Below, one piece after another: positions 20,400-29,810 of a stretch of 64,000 bases of DNA. Within the stretch, counting starts at the first letter, position 1, and each line of letters begins with the position of its first letter. Both the position numbers and the translations under genes were made by a program. The DNA is from Myxococcales bacterium. GTDB lineage: Bacteria; Myxococcota_A; Polyangia; Polyangiales; DASUME01. The stretch is from positions 9,248,001-9,312,000 of the forward strand of contig JASGJH010000001.1 in the NCBI GenBank assembly GCA_047601445.1, written 5' to 3'. A model generated the notes under the pieces. The model was not told where the DNA came from. It made no database searches and saw only the letters and a list, made by a program, of their open reading frames with translations.

Positions 20400-21275
20400 T
20401 TAGGCGGCCTGAGCCGCAGTGTAATCGTTCTCGAACTCGGCTGGGGTCCGATACCCCAGTGACGAATGTAGCCTCCGCCGATTGTAGAAGACCTCGATGT
20501 ACTCGAAGACTGCGGACCGGAGCTCAAGGCGTCCGGCCCAACGTCGGCCGTGAATTAGCTCGGCCTTGATGGTCGAAAAGAAGCTCTCCGCGACCGCGTT
20601 ATCCCAGCAGTTGCCCTTGCGGCTCATGCTGACCGAGAGCCCGTGCTGGGCGAGCGATGAGCGGTATTCCTGACTCGTGTACTGGCAGCCCCGGTCAGAG
20701 TGGTGGAGCAGGCCTGCTGCGTCGGGACGACGGCGCCGAAGCGCCATGTCCAGCGCTGCGAGGGGCAGCTGGGTCGAGAGCATGGCGTCCAGAGCCCAGC
20801 CCACGACGGTCCTGGAAAACAGGTCGATGATGACAGCGAGGTAGCACCAGCCCTCGTCGGTCCAGACGTACGAGATGTCCGTCACCCAGCGCTGATTGGG
20901 ACGTTCGGCGCGGAACTCGCGGTTGAGCACGTTAGGCTCGACTGGATGCCGCGGATTTGCAGCGGTGGTCACACGGAACCGGCGACGAGGCCGGGCGCAG
21001 AGCCCCAAGCTCCGCATGGCGCGCTCCACCCGGCGTTTGCCGACCCGAATGCCACGACGTCGGAGTTCCTTTCGAACTCGCGGACTTCCGTAGGCGTTGC
21101 GGCTCTCCGCGTGCACCTGGCCGACCCGTTCCAAGAGGGCCCGGTCCTGGTCCGCACGGGGACTCGGCGGGCGACTCGCGAACGCGTAGTACCCCTGCCG
21201 GGTCACCTGCAGGTTCCGGCACAGCGCTGACACCGGGAAGTTCGCCTTCTCCGCGTGGATGAAGGCGAACCTCAT
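20400..21275 (-). CDS. IS3-family transposase OrfB (DDE integrase core)
   Basis: YGSPRV, WVTDISY, HHSDRGCQY, GNCWDNAVAESFF, YNRRRLHSSLGY. Confidence 0.97.
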   Translation of the reverse strand: MRFAFIHAEKANFPVSALCRNLQVTRQGYYAFASRPPSPRADQDRALLERVGQVHAESRNAYGSPRVRKELRRRGIRVGKRRVERAMRSLGLCARPRRRFRVTTAANPRHPVEPNVLNREFRAERPNQRWVTDISYVWTDEGWCYLAVIIDLFSRTVVGWALDAMLSTQLPLAALDMALRRRRPDAAGLLHHSDRGCQYTSQEYRSSLAQHGLSVSMSRKGNCWDNAVAESFFSTIKAELIHGRRWAGRLELRSAVFEYIEVFYNRRRLHSSLGYRTPAEFENDYTAAQAA

Positions 21276-21610
21276 TCGCTTTCCTTCGCGAAGAAGGCTG
21301 CCGCTTTTTTTAGGATTTCGCGGTCCATTTCGAGCGACTCCACCTTCTTGCGTAACCGCTCGTTCTCCCGCTCCAGCCGGGCCGCCTTCTCCTCTGCCGT
21401 TTCAGCAGCAGGTACCGGAGCGACCGGTACCCCCGGCTTCCGCTTGCTCTTCTTGGCCATCTCGTCTCTGTTGTACCACTCCCGCAAGGTCCAGCTGCTG
21501 ATGCCTAAATCCACGGACAACTGGGCAAAACTGCGGTCGTCCCGCTTCATCAGCGCGATCGTCTCTGCCTTGAACTCATCGGTGTACTTGTTGTGCTTCC
21601 GAACACGCAT
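21272..21610 (-). CDS. IS3-family transposase OrfA (HTH plus leucine zipper)
   Basis: KYTDEFKAE...LGIS..TLREW and LERENERLR...EILKKAAAFFAKE; GGAG RBS; A7G slippery site at 21304-21311. Confidence 0.95.
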   Translation of the reverse strand: MRVRKHNKYTDEFKAETIALMKRDDRSFAQLSVDLGISSWTLREWYNRDEMAKKSKRKPGVPVAPVPAAETAEEKAARLERENERLRKKVESLEMDREILKKAAAFFAKESE

Positions 21611-21650
21611 CAGTTTCTCCTGCGTGTCAACGGAACTGGGGGAGCTTCAG

Positions 21651-21968
21651 CTTGCGTTCGCTCCCTCTCGCTCGACCCTCGCCTTTTCGCCCGCCCCCCT
21701 GATGCGCTCCCTGGTCTGGGCCGGCGCTGCGGGGGCGCCGGGGCGTTGTGGCTGCGAGAGGGCGCCTTGTCGGTCGGGGTTGCGGTGGTGCGTTTGGTCG
21801 GTGGCGTCTGAGATGCCGGCGCACCTGTGAGGACGCATGCTCGACAAAGCGCGCGCTCCCTCCGCCACAACGCCCCGGCGCCTCCTCGCGCGACCTCAGT
21901 TCGCGGGAGCGAACTGAGGCGGGCGGGCGGTGAGAAGCGTTGGGCGCGTTCGGTTGAGCGAACGCAAG
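21651..21968. repeat. Non-coding element of nested inverted repeats
   Basis: 13-bp IR 21651-21663/21956-21968; 19-bp IR 21734-21752/21864-21882; 11-bp stem with GGGA loop at 21894-21919. Confidence 0.8.
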
Positions 21969-22142
21969 GAAGCGTGCGCTTGGGTCGTTGAGATCACGTG
22001 ACCGCATTCGCGTTTGTTGTTTTCTCGAGTAACCCTTGCGAGCCCTCGTGACCTTTTATGCCCACAGCCCGAGCGAGCCAGTTCGAGCACTGGGCGCGGC
22101 ACAGGGTCGCCGTCTGCCCGTCGTGAGCAGGACAGGCGCGCT

Positions 22143-23796
22143 TCAGTTCACGCTGGCGTAGATGCCGCGCCAGAAGGCGCACTCGTCCTTGCGGAAGCTC
22201 TGCAGCAGCTCGAAGCCTGGGTCGAGCTGCAGGCGCAGGTCGTCGTCGTTCGCGTCGGGTTCGAAGCGAGGCCACACTGCCGGCGCACCCGGATAGTTGG
22301 GATCGCCCGTGCGGGCAAACTGGGCCCAATAGGAGTTCATGGCGTCGCTGACCTGGGTGCTGGCCTGATTGGCGCTGTACGGCGCGCCGAACACATGGCT
22401 GATCTCGGAGGCGTGGGCGGCACCGAGGGCGCCGAAGGCCACGGTCCACGGAATGTTGAAGTTGTACATGAACACGGGGAGGCCCGCCTTGGCGGCCCGC
22501 CGCGCGGAGTCGTGTGTGCCGCAACCCAGACCGGCGTCACCCACCACGCGCGCCAACGCGGCCTTGTAGTCGCCGCCGAACTTGCTCGCCGGGTAGAGTG
22601 CCGCGATGGTCTCCGCGCGCTCGCCGTAGCCCATGCGCAGCGCGTCCAGGTACTCCTCCTGATTCGACGCGGTGCTGCCCAACACGAAGAGCGTGCCCTC
22701 GTCGCTGTTGGTGCCGAGCAAATAGGGGACGTGGTTGATCTGTCCGTTCGCGAAGGCGTCGGCTGCGGAGCTAGGCAGAAAGCCGCCTTCACCGTCGACC
22801 ACCACGCCGAATCTCCAGGCTGGCCGATTGAAATAGCCGCCGCTCGGGTCGGGCTGCATGCCCTGCGCGAGTAGCTCGCTCACGCTCTTGCTGCGTAGGC
22901 ACGGGAGCACGTCGCCCGCGCTGCAGCCGAGGGCCGCCGCGTAGGCTTGCATGCTGCCTGCCACCTCCTGCGCCGTGAGGTCGCGCTCGCCCGTGGGCCC
23001 TGCGGTGCAACCGCCGCTCTCGCTGATGGCGCGCTGGAACAGCCCGGCATCGCGTGGCGAGACTACGTGGTAGCAAACGTCGGCGGAGCCCGCGGATTCG
23101 CCGAAGATGGTCACGTTCCCGGGGTCGCCTCCGAAGGCCGCGATGTTCTCCTGGACCCATTTCAGCACTGCGCTCTGGTCGAGCAGTCCTTGATTGCCGA
23201 GCGGGGAACCTTCCTTGGCCAGGGCGTCGTGCGCGAAGAAGCCGAACGGACCCAGCCGATAGTTGAAGCTCACGAGCACCACACCTTGGCGGCCCGCGAA
23301 GAACTGTCCGTCGTAGAAGAGTGGGGCGCTATCGCCTCCCAGCTGGAGCGGGATTCTTGTCGCCCGCGGAGCCCGCGAAGTTTCCACCGCCGTGGATCCA
23401 CACCATCACGGGGGCCTTGCTCGGTGCCGGGTTGGGCGCCCACACGTTCAGGTACAAGCAGTCTTCTTCGCTGCTGGCGGGCCCCTGTGAGTTCGCGAGC
23501 TGAGGACAAGCGGCCGCGAAGGCTTGCTCGTGACGCACGCCCGACCAGGGCGCGTTCGGCTCGGGGGCCTTCCAACGCAGCTCACCCACCGGAGGCTTGG
23601 CGTAGGGGATCTTCAAGAAACGCACGCTCGATCCCACGACGTCGCCTTGTACGCGGCCATCGGCCACGCTGGCGATCAGATCAGCGCCGAACGGCTCGAG
23701 AGGACGGCCGGCTTGGTCGTCGCTCGGTCCGTCACCGCAGGCGCTCACGGGAAGGAAAAGGCTGGAGAGGAGGAGACCCAGTGGCCAACGCGTCAT
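22143..23796 (-). CDS. Type-B carboxylesterase/lipase family lipoprotein, split by a +1 frameshift near 23354
   Basis: IPYAKPPVGELRWKAP, EDCLYLNVW, WIHGGG in ORF 23329-23796; NYRLG, FGESAG, GAAHASE in ORF 22143-23387. Confidence 0.92.
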
Positions 23797-23894
23797 CGAG
23801 GGACGCTAACAAGCGCTCCGTGCTGCGCCAGTTGCTCACGTTGCCAAGTTCTTGCCCGAGTGCGTCACGCAGCGCGCGCGTCCCTGCATTGACT

Positions 23895-24536
23895 TCACGG
23901 ACCTGCGTCGGCTGCGCCACCGCCGCCCAGCAGGCCACCGCCACCGAGGAGACCGCCGCCGCCGAGCAGGCCGCCCGTGCCGCCACCGAGCAGACCGCCC
24001 GTGCCGCCACCGAGCAGACCGCCCGTGCCGCCACCGCCGCCGGGCAAGCCACCGCCACCGAGCAGACCTCCGGCGCCGCCACCCCCGCCGCCGGGCAAGC
24101 CACCGCCACCGAGCAGACCTCCGGCGCCGCCACCGGCGGGGAGGCCACCACCGGCGGGGAGGCCACCACCGGCGGGAAGGCCACCACCACCACCGGGCGT
24201 GCCTCCCGTGCCAGCATCGGCGTCGCCGTCGCCGTCGCCGTCGCCATCGCCATCGCCATCGCCATCGCCATCGCCATCACCGTCACCGGTGTCGCCATCG
24301 CCGTCGCCGTCCCCGTCGCCATCCCCGTCGCCACCGCCGGTATCGCCGTCGCCGTCGCCATCGCCGTCGCCATCACCATCACCATCACCATCGCCATCAC
24401 CGTCGCCGGAGGCGTTGCCGTAGTCGCCGTCGACGGGTGGAAGGGCGGGAGCCCCGTCACCGCATGCGGCAGCGACGCCGAGTCCCGTGAGGCCCAATAC
24501 GATCAAGACGTACTTAAGAGAAGGAGTGGCAGCCAT
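23895..24536 (-). CDS. Low-complexity putative lipoprotein: (Gly-Asp)n tract followed by GLLGGG/GLPAGG repeats
   Basis: Signal ending VAAAC-GD; GGAG upstream; the rest is almost only Gly, Asp, Leu, Pro, Ala, Thr. Confidence 0.75.
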   Translation of the reverse strand: MAATPSLKYVLIVLGLTGLGVAAACGDGAPALPPVDGDYGNASGDGDGDGDGDGDGDGDGDGDGDTGGGDGDGDGDGDGDGDTGDGDGDGDGDGDGDGDGDGDGDADAGTGGTPGGGGGLPAGGGLPAGGGLPAGGGAGGLLGGGGLPGGGGGGAGGLLGGGGLPGGGGGTGGLLGGGTGGLLGGGTGGLLGGGGLLGGGGLLGGGGAADAGP

Positions 24537-24725
24537 GACATCCTCCGAGCGAAGCGTTCGACACGTTGTCGTCGCCGATCGAGTGGACGCTAAGATAACG
24601 GACGCGTCGTTTCGCGATCACGGGCTCGCATTGACCGTAGGCGAGCGACTGCTGACCGCCGGCGACCGCGGTTGGTTCACAAAGTGAACGCCACTGAAAG
24701 CGCGAGCTTTACGGACAAATTGCCG

Positions 24726-25280
24726 ATGAATTCGAGTGCCTCGCATCACCAATCTGCTCCGCCTCCCGCGCCCTCGTGGAAGCGCTCCTTGATCACGGCG
24801 CTCTGCCTCTTTCACATGGCCGCCGTGGTCGTCTTCAACCTGCCTCAGAACACGGCTCTCGGAGATCTGCGGGCACCACTGCACTGGTATGCGCGCTTGT
24901 CCTGGCTCAACCAAGAGTGGGCGATGTTCACGACCATCCCGCACTACGTGGCGATCCATCCGGTGCTGGTGGCGAAGTACAACGACAGCGGCGAAGCTGT
25001 GTATGGGCCCATACTTCCCGGACTGAAGCCCTATCCAAACGATCTGCGCTCGGTCTACCTCATCTTGCACACGCTCTGGGCCAGCGGCGAGTATCGAGCC
25101 CTGGCCGAGGGCTATCTGCGCAACGCCTGCGCAGTCATCGCGCGACAGAGCGGAAAGAAACCGCACTCGGTCCGGCTCCACGTCGATGCCCAAGTGCTTG
25201 CACCCCTGGCGCAGGTGCGAGCGACCCGCTCCCTGGGCCGTCCCCAGCAGCAGTCAAGCAAGGCTTTCCGATGTCGCTGA
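24726..25280 (+). CDS. Hypothetical membrane-anchored protein, SdpA/DUF5819-like partner of the HTTM gene
   Basis: N-terminal TM (LCLFHMAAVVVFNLP) then LNQEWAMF, resembling the QxWxxF motif of HTTM-associated partners; overlaps the next gene by 10 bp. Confidence 0.55.
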   Translation: MNSSASHHQSAPPPAPSWKRSLITALCLFHMAAVVVFNLPQNTALGDLRAPLHWYARLSWLNQEWAMFTTIPHYVAIHPVLVAKYNDSGEAVYGPILPGLKPYPNDLRSVYLILHTLWASGEYRALAEGYLRNACAVIARQSGKKPHSVRLHVDAQVLAPLAQVRATRSLGRPQQQSSKAFRCR

Positions 25281-26155
25281 CCCGGCGCTCGCAGGCGGTC
25301 TGGCTGCGCGTGGTGGACTGGTTCTTCGAGCCGGTCGACGCGCGGGTCCACGCCTGCGTGAGGATCGCCTATGCCCTGACCTGCCTGGTGATCCTGGTGG
25401 AGCTCTGGCCCGAGCGTATGGCCTATCTGAGCGATCAGGGGAGTCTCGTCCCGATCGCGGCGCCCCTCGTCAGCCCGCTCGCGTGGAGCCGCTCGCCGCT
25501 CGTAGTGAACTTCTCGCTCGCTACCGCGCTTGCGGCGGCCCTGGCGCTCCTGCTCGGTGTGGCCAAGCGCGTGTCCACGCTGCTGTTGTTCGTGTGGCAC
25601 GTGGCCTTCATGGGCGCCGCCTACATGGTGATGAGTGGCTTCGACATGGTGGTTCGGCTGGTGGGCTTCGTGCTGCTCTTCGCTCCTCATCACGACGCCT
25701 TCAGCCTACTGCCCCGCCGTTCCGCGCTCCCCGAGCAGCTACCTTCCTACGTGCTGCGCCTGATCCAATTTCAGACCGCCGTCATGTATTGGGCCACCAT
25801 TTGGCTCAAGGCTCCCGACCCCTACTGGCGCAACGGCGAGCTGATGGCGTATTTCCACATGTCGTTCTTCGCGCGCTTTCCCACGCCGCTCGCGGCGGAC
25901 TATGCCGGGCTCTCCGTGATCATGACGTGGAGCGTGATCGCGCTCGAGGTCGCCCTGCCGCTGCTACTCTTCGGACGCAACACGCGCCGCGTGGGCATCG
26001 TGCTCGGGCTCGCGCTCCACGCCGGCATCGCCGTGACCAGTCGGCTCTCGGTGTTCTCGCTCGCGATGACGCCCCTCTACGCCGCGTTCCTGCAGGGCTC
26101 CGACTTCGACTGGCTGAAGAGCCTCTGGCGCAAGCGCGACGCGACGACTGTCTGA
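25271..26155 (+). CDS. HTTM-domain membrane protein (SdpB / vitamin-K-dependent carboxylase-like TM domain)
   Basis: RIAYAL, LRLIQFQTAVMYWATIWLK..DPYWRNGE, VIALE, LHAGIA, FSLAM. Confidence 0.8.
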   Translation: MSLTRRSQAVWLRVVDWFFEPVDARVHACVRIAYALTCLVILVELWPERMAYLSDQGSLVPIAAPLVSPLAWSRSPLVVNFSLATALAAALALLLGVAKRVSTLLLFVWHVAFMGAAYMVMSGFDMVVRLVGFVLLFAPHHDAFSLLPRRSALPEQLPSYVLRLIQFQTAVMYWATIWLKAPDPYWRNGELMAYFHMSFFARFPTPLAADYAGLSVIMTWSVIALEVALPLLLFGRNTRRVGIVLGLALHAGIAVTSRLSVFSLAMTPLYAAFLQGSDFDWLKSLWRKRDATTV

Positions 26156-26197
26156 GCGCTCAGCCGTGCGCTATGCCCGGACGCGAGAGGAGAAACC

Positions 26198-26590
26198 ATG
26201 TCCATTCTCGATCACATCACGCTGACGGTGAGTGACTACGAGCGCGCCAAGGCGTTCTACACGCAGGCGCTCGCGCCCCTGGGGATCGGCACCGTCATGG
26301 AGTTCGGCAAGGCCTGCGGCATGGGTCGCGGCAAGCCTGACTTCTGGTTCGGCGAGGGGCCCGCGAGCTTCCAGAAGCCGGAGCAGCTGCGCCCCATCAC
26401 GCCTTCTCACGTGGCCTTCGTCGCCCGCAGCCGCGCCGAAGTGGATGCCTTCTACGAAGCCGCACTCAAGGCTGGAGGCAAGGACTTCGGGGCGCCCGGA
26501 CTGCGGCCCCACTACCACGCGAACTACTACGGCGCGTTCGTGCTCGATCCCGACGGCCACAACATCGAGGCCGTGGTCCATACGCCGTAG
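26198..26590 (+). CDS. VOC/glyoxalase family protein
   Basis: LDHITLTVSDYERAKAFY, HVAF, YYGAFVLDPDGHNIEAV. Confidence 0.93.
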   Translation: MSILDHITLTVSDYERAKAFYTQALAPLGIGTVMEFGKACGMGRGKPDFWFGEGPASFQKPEQLRPITPSHVAFVARSRAEVDAFYEAALKAGGKDFGAPGLRPHYHANYYGAFVLDPDGHNIEAVVHTP

Positions 26591-26601
26591 GCGGCCCATC
26601 C

Positions 26602-27279
26602 TTAGCGTCGCGTGAGCCCGCGGCGCAGCGGGCAGCGCTCGGGCGCCACACTCTCTCCGCGGCGGTAGCGCTCGAGCAGCTCGCGAGAGCGTTCGGCCAG
26701 CATGCGCCGGACCTCGCGCCGCATACCTTTGATGCGCGGGATGTGCATGTCGTCGTAGCCGGTGGTGGCGTGCCGCAGCCAGGCGATGGTGGCGGCCTCG
26801 GCGCGGCGCTCGATGGGAATGCGCTTGGTGCGCGCCACCGTCCCGCTGCCCACGGGTACCGCGTGGTCCGAGATGGCTTGCGCGAGCTCCCGCGCGAGCC
26901 CCTGGTGCACGGGGGCGAAGCGCAAAAAAGTCTGCAGCGCTGCCACGAAGTCTTCGGCGTACTCCGCTTGCTCCTGTGCTCGTCGGGCCCGGCCCTGCTC
27001 CAGCTTGCGACCATAGGCTGGATCGCGGCGCTCGCGCTCGAGATCGGCACGGTGCTCCTGGATGCGTGCAGCCTCGGCGAACAACCCGAGCGAGAAGGTC
27101 TTGCGGCCGCGCTTCTCCTGCATGGTCCAGACTGGCCCGGACTTCTTCACGCGGCGGGTGAGCGCGGCGTCGCCTGGCTCGAGGTGAACCCAGCCGGCCG
27201 GCACGCTGACCACCTCGTGACCCACGCGCACCGTGCCGGCCCGTGGTCCGGGTGCTACTTCTCGGTTCTGATTCGGCAT
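26602..27279 (-). CDS. DUF2293-like protein
   Basis: PGDAALTRRVK, PVGSGTVARTKRIP, IAWLRHATTGYD. Confidence 0.75.
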   Translation of the reverse strand: MPNQNREVAPGPRAGTVRVGHEVVSVPAGWVHLEPGDAALTRRVKKSGPVWTMQEKRGRKTFSLGLFAEAARIQEHRADLERERRDPAYGRKLEQGRARRAQEQAEYAEDFVAALQTFLRFAPVHQGLARELAQAISDHAVPVGSGTVARTKRIPIERRAEAATIAWLRHATTGYDDMHIPRIKGMRREVRRMLAERSRELLERYRRGESVAPERCPLRRGLTRR

Positions 27280-27311
27280 CGAGTGGTCCCAATGGTAGCT
27301 TACGGGCGTCC

Positions 27312-27878
27312 ATGGAGAGCACCCGCTCGAAGGCCAGTGAAGCGATGGCGCGCTACGCCCAGGGCGACGCGGCAGCCTTTGCTCAGGTCTACGACGAGCT
27401 GGGGCCCAAGCTGCACGGCTACCTGCGGCGCAAGCTCAAGAACGCAGCGGCCGCCGATGACGTGCTGCAACAGGTCTTTCTCCGCATGCACCACAGCCGA
27501 AGCCGCTTCGCTCCGGGCGCGCGTGTCGAGCCATGGGCCTACGCCATCGCGCACTCGGCCGCCGTGGACTTCATTCGCAGCGAGCAGCGTCGCGCGGGCT
27601 CCGAGTTCCTCGAGGAGGCCCACGCGGACGAGCAGGTCGATCTCGACGCGAGCGTCGGGGCCGGAGAACTCTCGGATGCCTTGCGCCGCGAGCTGGCCCA
27701 GGTTTCGCCCAAGCTGCGGGAGGCCTTTCTGTTGACGCGAATCGAGGGGCTCACCCACGCCGAGGCGGCCCAGGTGTTGGGCGCCGAAGAAACGGCCACC
27801 AAGGTGCGCGCGCACCGCGCGTCGGTTTGGCTACGTGAGCGCCTCTCGCGCTTTGGGCTCACGGAGGATGGACGATGA
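27312..27878 (+). CDS. ECF sigma factor
   Basis: GDAAAFAQVY, ADDVLQQVFLRMH, WAYAIA, EGLTHAEAAQVLG, KVRAHRA. Confidence 0.92.
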   Translation: MESTRSKASEAMARYAQGDAAAFAQVYDELGPKLHGYLRRKLKNAAAADDVLQQVFLRMHHSRSRFAPGARVEPWAYAIAHSAAVDFIRSEQRRAGSEFLEEAHADEQVDLDASVGAGELSDALRRELAQVSPKLREAFLLTRIEGLTHAEAAQVLGAEETATKVRAHRASVWLRERLSRFGLTEDGR

Positions 27879-28540
27879 GCAAACCCCTCTCGGCCTCCGA
27901 GCTGCGTGAACGCACGCTGGCCCGTGTGGCGGCGAGCCCGGCGCCCACGCGCAAGAACTGGTTGCTGGCTCAGGCCCTGTGGCTCAGCTTGGCGAGCGGC
28001 TTGTTCGTGGCCCTGGCGCTTTCGCACGGCCTCACGCCCATGTTGGAGCGCCCGCGAGCGTATGTTTGGACGGTCGGGCTCTCGTTCGCTGCCGTCGGCG
28101 TCCTCGCTGGGCAGGCGTTCGCGGCCTTCTTGGCCACGCCGCTCGGGGCTCCCAGGCGCATGGTCACTTTCCTCAAGTGGGCCACGCTGCCCTCGTTGGT
28201 CCTCGGCAGCCTTGCTGCGAATGGGCTGGCACCTGAGACCTTGACCTGGCCCGCGGCCGATCCGGTGATCCACTGCTGGTGCCCATTGGCGCTGCTTTTC
28301 AGCGGCGGCATCGTGGGAGCGCTCGCGCTTCGCACGATGCGGGGAGCCGATCCTGTCACACCGCGCGCCACGGCCCTGGCGCTCGGGACCCTGGTGGGCG
28401 TGCTCGCGGCCCTCGCGGTGTCGCTGCACTGTGAGTTCGCGGACCCGATCCATGTCCTGACGACCCATGTGTTGCCCGTGGGGCTGCTGATGGCGGGCAT
28501 GGCCCGCTGGGGGGCGCGCACGTTGAAGGGCCCGCCCTGA
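27875..28540 (+). CDS. NrsF/DUF1109-like multi-TM anti-sigma factor
   Basis: ATGA-coupled to the sigma gene; about 6 TM; SLHCEFADPIHVLTTH motif. Confidence 0.72.
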   Translation: MSKPLSASELRERTLARVAASPAPTRKNWLLAQALWLSLASGLFVALALSHGLTPMLERPRAYVWTVGLSFAAVGVLAGQAFAAFLATPLGAPRRMVTFLKWATLPSLVLGSLAANGLAPETLTWPAADPVIHCWCPLALLFSGGIVGALALRTMRGADPVTPRATALALGTLVGVLAALAVSLHCEFADPIHVLTTHVLPVGLLMAGMARWGARTLKGPP

Positions 28541-28632
28541 GGAAGCACACCGCGCCACGGCCCTCGCATGAGGGCACGACGGACCCGTTTCGAGCGTTGA
28601 TCGAAACGACGAACTTCGGATACCCATGCGGG

Positions 28633-29688
28633 ATGGCGGCTTTTGAGTCCGCGCCACCCATCTTCGCTGAAACCCAAAAGCGCCCAGGCGTCTTCTATGC
28701 GGTGAGCTCCGACGGCGTGGAGCTCCCGATCATCGATGTCACCCATCCTGCTTTCGCGCTGTCTTTCGACGACGAGAAGCAGCGCAGGATGTTGGCGGCT
28801 TACCTGCGAGAGCAATGGCTCGTGGGCCTTGTGCCCGCTGCGCTGCGACGCCGCCTGTACCGCTGGCTGCTGCGCGACTCGTTGCTGGGCCCCGGGATGC
28901 GCCTCGCGGAGGGCGCCTTTCTCAGTGGGATGAGCACGTATTTGTTCAAGCTCGGGCCGGATAACCTCGGACGCGCCTACGCCAAACCCATCGATCGCCG
29001 GGTCGTCGGCAGCTTGCCGGGCGTCGCCATGCGGCTGCGGCTGAGCGACATGGCGAGCTTGCTGGCCGAGCACCTCGGGCCCTTGCTCGCGGCACAACCC
29101 GAAAGGCCGCTGTGTTTGCTCAACATCGCGGGCGGTCCAGCCATGGACACCCTCAACGCGCTGCTCCTGCTCCACAAGCGCGATCCGGGTCTGCTCACCG
29201 GACGGGTGGTGCGCATCGCGTTGCTCGATATGGTGGAGGCCGGACCCCTATTCGGCGCTCGCGCTCTGCGTGCTCTCTCGGTATCCGGCGCACCGCTCCA
29301 CGGTCTCGACATCGGGCTAGAGCCCATCCCCTACGACTGGCACGACACCCGGACGCTCCAGGCCGTGCTCGCGCGCACCCGCGGCGAAGGTGCCTTGGTG
29401 GCTGGCTCGAGCGAGGGCGGGCTCTTCGAATATGGGGACGACCGCGCGGTGCAGGACAACCTCTCGTGCCTGCAGCAGGAGACCCCGGAGGAGTTCGTGA
29501 TGGTCGGCTCGGTTACCAGGGGTGATGCGTCCCTGCGCCGACTGCACGCCCTGCACGGCGTGGCCACGCACCCACGCGGGCTGCCGACCTTCCGTAGGCT
29601 CGTGGAACCCTGTGGTTTTCGGGTGATCCGCGCGATCGAGCGCCCTTTCAGCGACCACGTGGTGCTGGCCCACGCTGCCGATACATAG
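28633..29688 (+). CDS. Hypothetical protein, possibly class I SAM-dependent methyltransferase fold
   Basis: Long ORF with coding-like bias; LLNIAGGPAMD, ALLD and SEGGLFEY resemble Rossmann methyltransferase motifs. Start uncertain (28597-28633). Confidence 0.55.
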   Translation: MAAFESAPPIFAETQKRPGVFYAVSSDGVELPIIDVTHPAFALSFDDEKQRRMLAAYLREQWLVGLVPAALRRRLYRWLLRDSLLGPGMRLAEGAFLSGMSTYLFKLGPDNLGRAYAKPIDRRVVGSLPGVAMRLRLSDMASLLAEHLGPLLAAQPERPLCLLNIAGGPAMDTLNALLLLHKRDPGLLTGRVVRIALLDMVEAGPLFGARALRALSVSGAPLHGLDIGLEPIPYDWHDTRTLQAVLARTRGEGALVAGSSEGGLFEYGDDRAVQDNLSCLQQETPEEFVMVGSVTRGDASLRRLHALHGVATHPRGLPTFRRLVEPCGFRVIRAIERPFSDHVVLAHAADT

Positions 29689-29810
29689 GCAGCTCCCTTA
29701 CCAAACGAGGCCCCCGACCATGGACCGCACCGGCTTTCGTTTAGGCCCGTGAGGTGGATCCAGCACACCCCCCTCGACGCCCCAAAAACCACAAAGTAGG
29801 ATGCCCTGAC

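Larger units (their letters stand above)
20370..21649 (-). mobile_element. IS3-family insertion sequence, 1280 bp, apparently intact
   Basis: TG...CA ends; 26-bp imperfect IRs (18/26, shared TCCGTTGACAC) at 20370-20395 and 21624-21649; GCT duplicated at 20367-20369 and 21650-21652. Confidence 0.95.

Noticed and set aside
22050..22070. CCTTTTATGCCCACAGCCC as an IS terminal repeat remnant
   Set aside because: It loosely resembles IS ends, but I found no partner repeat or transposase.
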